A DNA stretch of 26,741 nucleotides from Candidatus Dormiibacterota bacterium. Its GTDB lineage: Bacteria > Chloroflexota > Dormibacteria > Dormibacterales > Dormibacteraceae. The stretch spans positions 1-26,741 of the forward strand of contig JBKPCW010000144.1 of NCBI GenBank assembly GCA_046727555.1. Reading direction: 5' to 3'. Below, in pieces: positions 17,049 to 25,085 of the stretch (the first letter of the stretch is position 1; the number at the start of each line of letters is the position of its first letter). The notes beneath the pieces are model-generated. The model searched no databases, was not told where the DNA came from, and worked only from the letters and a program-made list of their open reading frames with translations. Both the position numbers and the translations under genes were made by a program.

Positions 17049-18495
17049 TCTCTCCCTTGCGTCTCTTGACGAACTCCTGCAGCTCCTCGTCCATGCCCGG
17101 GTCGATGCCGGGGTCGGGGTACTCCGCCAGCAGCTGCTTCCAGCGCTCAGCCGCGACGACGTCCGCCGTGCGCGAGCCGAAGCGCTGCCAGCGGTCGTAG
17201 TTCTCCGTCGACGACACCCAGGGGCGGTAGAAGCCGGTGCGGTAGTGGCGCATCGTGTGCTCGGCGCCGAGGAAGTGGCCGCCCGGCCCGACCTCGCGCA
17301 GGGCGTCCATCGCCAGTCCCTCGTCGTCCACCGGCATGCCGTGGTGGAGCATCCACTCGAACATGCGCAGCTGCTCCACGTCGATGATGAACTTCTCGTA
17401 GGACGCGAGCAGCGCGCTCTCGAGCCAGCCCGCGGCGTGGAGGACGAAGTTGACGCGGCCGAGGATTGTCGGCCACATGCACATCATCGACTCGTACGCC
17501 GCCTGCGCGTCGGGCGACTTCGACGAGGTCAGCGCGCCGCCGCCGCGGAAGGGAAGGTTGTAGCGCCGCGCCATCTGGGCGCTCGCGAGGATGCCCATCG
17601 CCGACTCGGGCGTGCCGAAGGCCGGGCTTCCCGACTGCATGTCCGTGTTGGTCAGGAACGAGCCGTACACGCTCGGCGTGCCTGGGCGGATGAGCTGGAC
17701 CAGGGCGATGCCCGCCAGCGCCTCCGCGGTCTGCTGCGCCACCGTCCCGGCGAGGCCCATCGGCGACATCGCGCCCGCCATGAGGAAGGGCGTGACGATG
17801 ACCGGCTGGGCCGCCTCCGAGTACTCGAGCAGGGCGCCGAGCATGCGGTCGTCGTAGCGCAGCGGGCTGTTCACGTTGATCAGGCTGACGACGGCCGGCG
17901 TCTTCTCGATGCTCTCCCGGCCGCCGCACGCGATCGCGGCCATCTCGACCGTGTCACGCGCGTTCTCGGCCGAGATGACGCTGCCCATGAACGGCTTGTC
18001 CGTCCAGCGGACATGGGAGTAGACCATGTCCAGGTGCCGCGTGCCCAGGGGCAGGTCCTCGGGCTCGACGGTGGTGCCGCCGGCGCAGTGGATCTGCTCC
18101 ACCGCCTGGGCCATCTTGTCGAAGTTGGTGAAGTCCTCGATCGTCGCGCCGCGCCGGCCGCGCTCGAGGTCGGTGACGAAGGGTGGGCCGTAGACCGGCG
18201 CCGTGACCACATGGTCGCCGCCCAGGACGACGTTGCGCTTGGAGTTGCGCGCCTGGAGCTCGAAAGTGGCGGGCGTCTTGCGGACGTGCTCGAGGACGAA
18301 GTCGGGGTCGAACCGGACGCGGTTCTCGTCGACCTTCATCCCCGCCTTCTTGAAGAGTTCGCGGGCCCGCTCGTGGAGAAAGTCGACGCCGATCTCCTGG
18401 AGGATGGTCATGGCCTGCCCGTGGACGGTCTCGACCTCCTCCGGGGAAAGCCAGTCGTAGGGCTTGAGGGGGTTCTTCCACATCGGCAAGCTCAA
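17035..18495 (-). CDS. mttB: Trimethylamine methyltransferase (MttB) superfamily protein, non-pyrrolysine (MtgB-like); start TTG 18495 or ATG 18483
   Basis: LSPEEVETVH, PVYGPPFVTDL, INVNSPLRYD, GTPES, AQAAYES and LHAAGWLE motifs; no in-frame amber codon; about 486 aa. Confidence 0.92.
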   Translation of the reverse strand: MSLPMWKNPLKPYDWLSPEEVETVHGQAMTILQEIGVDFLHERARELFKKAGMKVDENRVRFDPDFVLEHVRKTPATFELQARNSKRNVVLGGDHVVTAPVYGPPFVTDLERGRRGATIEDFTNFDKMAQAVEQIHCAGGTTVEPEDLPLGTRHLDMVYSHVRWTDKPFMGSVISAENARDTVEMAAIACGGRESIEKTPAVVSLINVNSPLRYDDRMLGALLEYSEAAQPVIVTPFLMAGAMSPMGLAGTVAQQTAEALAGIALVQLIRPGTPSVYGSFLTNTDMQSGSPAFGTPESAMGILASAQMARRYNLPFRGGGALTSSKSPDAQAAYESMMCMWPTILGRVNFVLHAAGWLESALLASYEKFIIDVEQLRMFEWMLHHGMPVDDEGLAMDALREVGPGGHFLGAEHTMRHYRTGFYRPWVSSTENYDRWQRFGSRTADVVAAERWKQLLAEYPDPGIDPGMDEELQEFVKRRKGEIGES

Positions 18496-18629
18496 GTTTG
18501 ACCGAGGCTGACGCTGTGGTAACGTAGGCGCTGCCCGTTGGGGCGCTCGGTCCTCGCAGAGGACCCTACCTAACCTGACTTGACCCTCATCACACGTCTC
18601 GCCCGCACCACCCTCAGGCGTCGCCCGGC

Positions 18630-21080
18630 ATGAGCACGCCCATCCCGGCCAAACCGGAGGGTGCGCCAGTGATTTCGCCTGGGACCCTGCCCGGCGACGT
18701 CCTGCCGCTCTGGAACCCCGACATCCCCGGGGAGGAGATCCAGGCCGGCCGCCTGGGCATTCGGGTCCGCCCCGGCACGCCCGCCGCGGCCAAGGTGACA
18801 GCGCTGGAGGCCGCCGGCGGCGCCGAGCTCCTGCGTCAGGTGCTGGAGGAGCAGAAGCTCATCGACGGCACCTACACCGTCGTCAAGCCGGAGAAGCCGC
18901 TCGAGTTCATCGGCCAGGTCAGCTCGACGCTGCTGACGGGCAAGCTCGGCCGGACCCCGATGGGCCTGGCCCTGGAGATCACCGACTGGCAGGAGCTCGA
19001 GGGAACCCTCGAGATGGAGAAGAACCGCTTGCGCCTCCGCTTCCAGGAGCTGCACGTGGTCAAGGAGTGGGACGGCGAGCTGGAGGGCTTCACCGCCATC
19101 GCGCTGCGCGAGCAGGCCAAGCTTTACCCGCTCCTCGACTCGACCATGCGCTTCATCGAGCACCTGCGCGACTACCGCGAGAACCTCGCCGAGGCCGCCG
19201 TCCGGCGCTACGAGGCCACCGAGCAGTGGATCGAGTGCCCCAAGTGCGAGACCGAGGTCCCGACGTCGGACGGCATCCACTGCTCGAACTGCGGCGAGGA
19301 CATGCGCGGCGGCGAGTACGTGCGCGCGATCCTCCACCTGGTCGACGACGCCGACGGCCGCCTGTACCGCGGCATCGATTCGCTGACCGTCCGCTCGGCG
19401 GGCTTTCCCGAGTACCGCGGCATGTCGCTCGACCGCATCCAGGGCTCGAACCTGTGGGTCAGCTTCCGCCGGTACGACCCGCTGCCCGACGAGGGCATAG
19501 TCCTCCCGACCGCCAGCGTCGAGATGTTCGAGGCCCAGCGATCGTGCATCCGCCAGCTCCAGATCGGCAGCCCCCGCACCGGCTCGCTGGCCGCCGAGCT
19601 CGTCGATCCCGGCTGGCTGGGCACGCCTCCGCGCGTGCCACTGGACGGCAAGCGCGCCCACCACCTACCGGACCCGAACGAGGAGCAGGCCGAGGCGGTG
19701 GCCCGCGTCATGGGCATGCGTCCCGGCCAGCTGTACCTCATCCAGGGGCCGCCTGGGACCGGCAAGACGACGGCGATCGTGGAATCGATCCGGCGCATCC
19801 TGGGCCGCAACCCCAACGCGTCCATCCTTCTCTCCTCGCACTCCAACGACGCCGTCGACACCGGGCAGGAACGCCTGCTCGGCTTCTCCCACGTGCGCCA
19901 GGCGCGCATCGCCGAGCCGGGCAAGGTGCCGCGCCGCCTGCGGCCGACCCTCGTCGAGGGCGATGACCTCGAGCCGTACAACCTCGTCGCCGGCACCGTC
20001 AACCGCCTGACCATCGATTCACGGCTGCGTTTCAAGGTCTTCGACTGGCTGATCCTCGACGAGGCCAACAAGGTGCGCGCCAACGAGGCGCTGGCGGTGA
20101 TGCCTCTGGCCAAGCGCTGGGTGATGATCGGCGACCTCAACCAGCTGCCACCGGTGATGGAGGACGCGGCCGCGACCTTCACCATCAAGCAGCCGCTGGA
20201 CGAGCTCGTTCGCGACGACAGCTTCTACGGCTGGGTCTGGGACAAGGTGCCGGCCGGGTCGCGCATCATGCTGCCGCGCCAGTACCGCATGCGCGAGCCC
20301 ATCGGCCGCGTCGTGTCCGACCTCTTCTACGACGGCAAGCTCATCCACGAGGCACCGCACCCGCGCATGCCGCTGCCCTGGCCTTTCGACCGCGAGCTCG
20401 TGTGGGTGGACACCGGCGCGCAGGAGGAGTACCGCGACGCGCAGCGCTCGGTCGCGAACGAGTTCGAGGTCGCGCTCTGCAAGGACATCACCTCGATCAT
20501 TCGCCGCCGCGTGCGCAAGGCGAAGCTCGCCGTGATCGCGATGTACAACTCGCAGGTCAACCGGCTGCAGGGCGCGCTGAAGGGCATCGTCCCCCCGGAC
20601 GACATCGAGTCCGTCGACGCGTTCGAGGGTCGGGAGTCGGACGGCGTGATCCTCTCCCTCGTCCGCTCCAACGAGCGCGCGGCCATCGGCTTCCTGAACG
20701 ACCCGAACCGCGTCAACGTCGCCATCTCGCGCGCCAAGAAGCTGCTCGTGATCGTCGGCGACTCCAAGACCGTCATCGGCGGTGCGCCCGAGCTCTTCGG
20801 ACCGCTCTTCGAGCACTGCAAGGATGAGGGCCTTGTCGCCGGCGTCGGGGCGGTCGTGACCGCGTGCCAGCGCGTCGGCATCCGCTCCCAGGTCCAGCGC
20901 CTGTCACGTCCGCACCGGGGCGACCGGCGGGCTCGCCGGCGCCGCCGCGGGCAGCGCCCCGTCGACGGCGAGACTGCGATCTCCCCGAACGGCTCGGAGC
21001 CGGTCCAGGCGGAGGCCGATTCGGGGCCGAACGGGGCTCCGGAGCCGGCCCCGGTGGAATCGCCTACGGAGGCTGAATAA
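18630..21080 (+). CDS. Upf1/DNA2-like superfamily 1 helicase (AAA_11/AAA_12) with an unknown N-terminal region and an inserted CxxC-x11-CxxC zinc ribbon
   Basis: Q-motif NEEQ, Walker A GPPGTGKT (19746-19769), Ia SHSNDAVD, II DEA, III IGDLNQLPP, QYRM, V VDAFEGRE, VI RVNVAISRAK; CPKC...CSNC at 19236-19292; 816 aa. Confidence 0.88.
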   Translation: MSTPIPAKPEGAPVISPGTLPGDVLPLWNPDIPGEEIQAGRLGIRVRPGTPAAAKVTALEAAGGAELLRQVLEEQKLIDGTYTVVKPEKPLEFIGQVSSTLLTGKLGRTPMGLALEITDWQELEGTLEMEKNRLRLRFQELHVVKEWDGELEGFTAIALREQAKLYPLLDSTMRFIEHLRDYRENLAEAAVRRYEATEQWIECPKCETEVPTSDGIHCSNCGEDMRGGEYVRAILHLVDDADGRLYRGIDSLTVRSAGFPEYRGMSLDRIQGSNLWVSFRRYDPLPDEGIVLPTASVEMFEAQRSCIRQLQIGSPRTGSLAAELVDPGWLGTPPRVPLDGKRAHHLPDPNEEQAEAVARVMGMRPGQLYLIQGPPGTGKTTAIVESIRRILGRNPNASILLSSHSNDAVDTGQERLLGFSHVRQARIAEPGKVPRRLRPTLVEGDDLEPYNLVAGTVNRLTIDSRLRFKVFDWLILDEANKVRANEALAVMPLAKRWVMIGDLNQLPPVMEDAAATFTIKQPLDELVRDDSFYGWVWDKVPAGSRIMLPRQYRMREPIGRVVSDLFYDGKLIHEAPHPRMPLPWPFDRELVWVDTGAQEEYRDAQRSVANEFEVALCKDITSIIRRRVRKAKLAVIAMYNSQVNRLQGALKGIVPPDDIESVDAFEGRESDGVILSLVRSNERAAIGFLNDPNRVNVAISRAKKLLVIVGDSKTVIGGAPELFGPLFEHCKDEGLVAGVGAVVTACQRVGIRSQVQRLSRPHRGDRRARRRRRGQRPVDGETAISPNGSEPVQAEADSGPNGAPEPAPVESPTEAE

Positions 21081-21110
21081 CCGGAGCCGCTCGCTAAGCT
21101 CTTGGGCGCC

Positions 21111-21548
21111 ATGAGCGAGCAGTGCGTCTTCTGCGACATCGTCCACGGGACGTCCCCGGCGAGCCTCGTCTACCAGGACGACACGGTCGTGGCCTTCATG
21201 GACATCCAGCCGATCACGCAGGGCCACATGCTCGTGCTGCCACGTGAGCACGCCGTGCTGATGACGGACCTCAACGAGCCGGCGGCGATGCGCACGTTCA
21301 AGATCGCGCGCCGGCTCGCCGCGGTGGCGCGCCATACGCTTGGGGCGAGCGGCATCAACATCCTGGTCATGGACGGCGAGGCCGCGTACCAGGACGTGCC
21401 TCACTTCCATGTCCACGTCATCCCGCGCTACCCGGGCGACGGGTTCGGCCTGACGTTTCCGCCGACGTACGAGAAGGCGCCGGCGCGGGCTCAGCTCGAC
21501 GCGATCGCGGCGGCGCTTCGCCAGGTGTCGATGCCGGCGACGGCCTGA
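21111..21548 (+). CDS. HIT (histidine triad) family nucleotide hydrolase
   Basis: CVFC, FMDIQP, GHMLVLP and VPHFHVHVIPR triad; 145 aa from ATG 21111. Confidence 0.93.
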   Translation: MSEQCVFCDIVHGTSPASLVYQDDTVVAFMDIQPITQGHMLVLPREHAVLMTDLNEPAAMRTFKIARRLAAVARHTLGASGINILVMDGEAAYQDVPHFHVHVIPRYPGDGFGLTFPPTYEKAPARAQLDAIAAALRQVSMPATA

Positions 21549-21551
21549 CCC

Positions 21552-21625
21552 GTCGATAGTCCGGACTGACGCGCGGTTCGGCGCCCCAAAACGGTCGATA
21601 GTCCGGACTAACGCGCAGTGGCGCC
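21552..21625. repeat. Two 42-bp-period direct repeats, each with a palindromic core
   Basis: gtcgatagtccggact(g/a)acgcgc(g/a)g...ggcgcc at 21552 and 21594; core agtccggact is a perfect palindrome (tagtccggacta in copy 2). Confidence 0.85.
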
Positions 21626-21626
21626 G

Positions 21627-22034
21627 CTACTTCGTGACGGTCACCTGGAGCGAGTAGACGGCGACAAACATCGGGCACGCCGCACCCGGCGGACACTTCG
21701 GCGAAGCGGTCGACGTGACGTCGACCGTCCCCGGCTTCAGGCCCACGAACGCCGCCAGCGTGACGCCGATGGCGGCGGTGGCGGCGGGATCGACTGCCGG
21801 CGCGAGCACGCTGCGATCGCTGGAGGCGGGGTGCGTCCAGTTGTTCATGCCGTTGGGCGCGTGCAGCGCCACCTCGAGCCTCTGCCCCACGTGAAGGGTC
21901 GCCGTGTGGTCCTGCTCGGTGACGGTGACCTGCTCCGAGGGAGTCGGTGACGGATTGGAGCCGGCGCCGGTGCCCGTCGCGCCGCAGGCGCACACAAGCA
22001 GGGCGATCGCAGCCACAAACAGACGATTCTTCAT
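21627..22034 (-). CDS. Small lipoprotein with a probable Ig-like/chagasin-like beta-sandwich domain
   Basis: MKNR plus hydrophobic signal and VCAC lipobox; Pro/Ser/Thr linker; TATLHVGQRLEVAL...W...AAFVGLKPGTVDV...YSLQVTV beta pattern; CPPGAAC pair. Confidence 0.7.
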   Translation of the reverse strand: MKNRLFVAAIALLVCACGATGTGAGSNPSPTPSEQVTVTEQDHTATLHVGQRLEVALHAPNGMNNWTHPASSDRSVLAPAVDPAATAAIGVTLAAFVGLKPGTVDVTSTASPKCPPGAACPMFVAVYSLQVTVTK

Positions 22035-22096
22035 CTCAGTAGCCGAAACGCGCGAGGCATCGTTGGGGTAACTCGTGACGCTAGGATTCTCGGCTC

Positions 22097-23557
22097 GTGT
22101 CTAGGTTCGCGTCCGCGATCGTCGCCCTGGCGCTGCTGGCCGCCTGCAGCGGCGGCAACAAGGTCGCCTCGGTCCAGCATTCGCCTTCTCCGGTCGCGGG
22201 TGGGCTGATGCAGGGGCTGATCGCTTACGCCGGTGACGCCGGCATCGGCGTGCTCGACCCGGACACGGGCAAGTCCACGCTCGTGGCGCCCTTGCCGCCG
22301 GGCGCGTTTCGCGTCAACGGACCGGTGTGGGGCCCGGCGCCAGGCATCGACCACCCGGTGATCTACTTCACCGTCCACGACGACCGCCCTGCGGAGAGGC
22401 GCAACACGGCCGGCGTGGTGCCGTACGACTGGATCTTCAGGGTCGACCCGTTCAGCGGCACGATCGCACCCGTCGCGGCCTCGCTCGACCAGGTGAGCGA
22501 GGGCCCGATCGGCCTCGTCGCCAACTCCCGCTACCTCGCCCTGACGGTCGGGTGCTGCGCCACCTACGAGGTCGACGCGCTCGACCTGACGCAGGCGTCG
22601 GCGCCGATCAAGGTGCTGGCGCGGCCGCCCGACCAGACCGCGTTCTTCACCGAGGGCATGGCGCCGGGTGATTCGAGCCTGGTCGCCGTGCGGGCGTTCG
22701 GCACCGGCGCGTGGTACTGGCTCAACGCCGAGGCGGGGATGGTGCATCCGTTCCCGCTCAAGCTGGGCCAGGACGACGGCCCGATCGCGATCAGCCCAGA
22801 CGGGACGTTGGCGGCCATCGCGCTTCCCAGCCAGGGGGCGTTGATCGAGCCGATCAACAGCTCGCTGCCTCTCGAGAGTCCGAGCGCGACGGCGCCGGCA
22901 TCGGCGACGCCAACACCCACGCCGACCTCGAAACCATCTTCCCCACCAAGCCCGACGGCGCCCAAGAAGGTGAACTCGAAGCTGCTGCACCCCGACGGGC
23001 TGGCGTGGAGCCCGGACGCGAAGCGGCTCGGGCTGGCGGTGAACGGCGAGGTCGAGCTCTACGACGCGGCGGCGCCGGACGGCCCGCCGGCGACGAAGTA
23101 TCTCGGCGGCAAGGGCGTCGTCGGTCTCTCGTGGTCGCGCCCGCTGCCGTTCCTGACCCTGGCGGACGTCAAGCCCAGCCCGGGCCCGCAGGCCACCGTC
23201 GATGCCCTGCTGGCGGCGACGAAACTGCCCACGGCCGCCGACACGCCGGCCAACCGCCCGCTGACCCAGGTCTACCTGTGGGAGTTCGATTCGAGCAAGA
23301 CGTCGCCGATCGAGACCATCACCGACGCGACGCAGGACGTGCTGGCGAAGTACCCGCCGCTGGCGGCGGGCGTCGTGTATCACCACTGGGCGCCGAGCGC
23401 GACGTGGGCGCTGCTCGGCGGCTGCTACCGCTATCGCGTGGTGGTCACAGGCAGCATCCCGCCGGTCGCGACCACGTTTGGGCTGGCGAGCAACGCGCCG
23501 TGCTCGGCCAGGCCGTCCCCGAGCACGTCACCGAGCGCCACGCCCAAGCCCTCCTAG
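22097..23557 (+). CDS. Hypothetical lipoprotein, probable beta-propeller (TolB/WD40-like) with a Pro/Ser/Thr linker
   Basis: LAAC lipobox; blade-like repeats (IAISPDGTLAAI, LAWSPDAKRLGL, VDALDL, RVDPFSG); PST-rich insertion at about 22875-22960; 486 aa. Confidence 0.72.
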   Translation: MSRFASAIVALALLAACSGGNKVASVQHSPSPVAGGLMQGLIAYAGDAGIGVLDPDTGKSTLVAPLPPGAFRVNGPVWGPAPGIDHPVIYFTVHDDRPAERRNTAGVVPYDWIFRVDPFSGTIAPVAASLDQVSEGPIGLVANSRYLALTVGCCATYEVDALDLTQASAPIKVLARPPDQTAFFTEGMAPGDSSLVAVRAFGTGAWYWLNAEAGMVHPFPLKLGQDDGPIAISPDGTLAAIALPSQGALIEPINSSLPLESPSATAPASATPTPTPTSKPSSPPSPTAPKKVNSKLLHPDGLAWSPDAKRLGLAVNGEVELYDAAAPDGPPATKYLGGKGVVGLSWSRPLPFLTLADVKPSPGPQATVDALLAATKLPTAADTPANRPLTQVYLWEFDSSKTSPIETITDATQDVLAKYPPLAAGVVYHHWAPSATWALLGGCYRYRVVVTGSIPPVATTFGLASNAPCSARPSPSTSPSATPKPS

Positions 23558-23560
23558 CAT
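23555..23560 (+). promoter_or_regulatory. Candidate -10 element of a leaderless promoter overlapping the upstream stop codon
   Basis: TAGCAT (its TAG is the lipoprotein stop), N7, ATG 23568; no SD visible. Confidence 0.5.
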
Positions 23561-23567
23561 CTACGGC

Positions 23568-25085
23568 ATGGCCCTGGATTTCCTGAAAAGCCATGCCGAG
23601 TCCCAGCCGGACAAGCCGGCGGTGATCTGCGCCGGCGACGTCGTCGACTTCGCCACCCTGAACCGGCGCGCGAGCCGCGTCGCCAACGCGGTGACCAGGC
23701 TCGGCTGCCACGAGGGCGATCGCGCGGCGTGGATGTCGTTCAACTCCATCGCCGGCGCCGAGATCGCCAACGGGCTGCGCCGCGCCGGCGTCGTGATCGT
23801 GCCGGTGAACTACCGCCTGCGCGACGCCGAGATCGCGTACGTGCTGAACGATTCCCAAGCGCGGGTGGTTTTCGCCGGCCCCGACCACGTCGAGGCGATG
23901 GCCGCCGCCGTGCCCGCGATACGTGGCGACGTGCGCTTCGTCGCGGTGGGCGACCACGTGCCGGGCGGCTGGATCTCCTACAGCGACCTGACGGCCGCCG
24001 CTTCGGAGGAATTCGATGCGGTCGGCGACGGCCTCGGGCCGTCGATGATCTACACCTCGGGCACGACCGGGAACCCGAAGGGCGCGTGGCGGCCGCGCGG
24101 CGTCGACATCGCCAACGTGCTCCAGGTCATCTCGATCTTCGAGCTCTCACAGGACGACGTCCACCTCATGTGCGGCCCCGGCTACCACAGCGGCGTGTCG
24201 TTCTTCTCTGTGCTCCACCAGGTCCTCGGCGCCAGCATCGTCATGCAGCCGAAGTTCGAGGCTGACAGCGCCCTCGACCTGATCGAGCGACATCGCGTGA
24301 CGACGAGCTTCATGGCCCCCACGCTGCTGCAGCGCCTGGTCGACGCGCAGACAAAGCGCCCGCGTGACACGTCGTCACTCAGGGCGTTGATCCTGGGCGC
24401 CGCGCCGTGTCCTCATGCGCTCAAGGCGCGCGCCGAAGCCGCCTTTGGGCGCGTGCTGTGGGAGTTCTACGGCGCGACCGAAACAGGGATCAACACAGTG
24501 CTGCGACCCGAGGACCAGCTGCGCAAACCGGGCTCTTGCGGCACCGCGGTGCCCGGGCAGGAGATCCGGCTCGTCCGCGAAGACGGGAGCGAGGCGGAGA
24601 TCGGCGAGCCCGGCGAGTTCATGGTCCGCAACAGCTGGCAGGCCGAATACTTCAACAGGCCCGACGCCACGAGCCGCAGCATGCACGATGGGTTCTTCTC
24701 GGTCGGGGACGTCGCCTATCGCGACGAGGAGGGCTACTACTACATCTGCGACCGCCGGATCGACATGATCGTGTCGGGTGGCGTGAACATCTACCCCGCC
24801 GAGGTCGAGGCGGTGCTGCACGCGCACCCCGCGGTCATGGACGCCGCCGTCATCGGCGTGCCCGACGACGAGTGGGGCGAATCCGTGAAGGCGGTGGTGC
24901 AGCTGCGGCCCGACACGCGAGCGAGCGCGGAAGAGCTGGTCGCGTTCTGCGCCGAGAGGCTCGCGGGCTACAAGAAGCCGCGCACGGTCGACTTCGTCGA
25001 CGAGCTGCCGCGCGACGCGGCGGGCAAGCTGCTCAAACGCAAGCTCCGGGACGCCTACTGGACGAGCGCCGGGCGCAAGATTTGA
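23568..25085 (+). CDS. AMP-dependent acyl-CoA synthetase/ligase (ANL superfamily)
   Basis: YTSGTTGNPKG, FYGATE, SVGD, DRRIDMIVSGGVNIYPAEVE and GKLLKR motifs; 505 aa from ATG 23568. Confidence 0.95.
   Translation: MALDFLKSHAESQPDKPAVICAGDVVDFATLNRRASRVANAVTRLGCHEGDRAAWMSFNSIAGAEIANGLRRAGVVIVPVNYRLRDAEIAYVLNDSQARVVFAGPDHVEAMAAAVPAIRGDVRFVAVGDHVPGGWISYSDLTAAASEEFDAVGDGLGPSMIYTSGTTGNPKGAWRPRGVDIANVLQVISIFELSQDDVHLMCGPGYHSGVSFFSVLHQVLGASIVMQPKFEADSALDLIERHRVTTSFMAPTLLQRLVDAQTKRPRDTSSLRALILGAAPCPHALKARAEAAFGRVLWEFYGATETGINTVLRPEDQLRKPGSCGTAVPGQEIRLVREDGSEAEIGEPGEFMVRNSWQAEYFNRPDATSRSMHDGFFSVGDVAYRDEEGYYYICDRRIDMIVSGGVNIYPAEVEAVLHAHPAVMDAAVIGVPDDEWGESVKAVVQLRPDTRASAEELVAFCAERLAGYKKPRTVDFVDELPRDAAGKLLKRKLRDAYWTSAGRKI

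Noticed and set aside
17035-18495. Pyrrolysine recoding in mttB
   Set aside because: The frame has no internal TAG, and no pyl genes are in the window.
18630-21080. Assignment to a named defence system such as Mokosh, Nhi or Gabija
   Set aside because: No PLD or other nuclease, kinase or partner gene is visible, and the surroundings are metabolic rather than a defence island.
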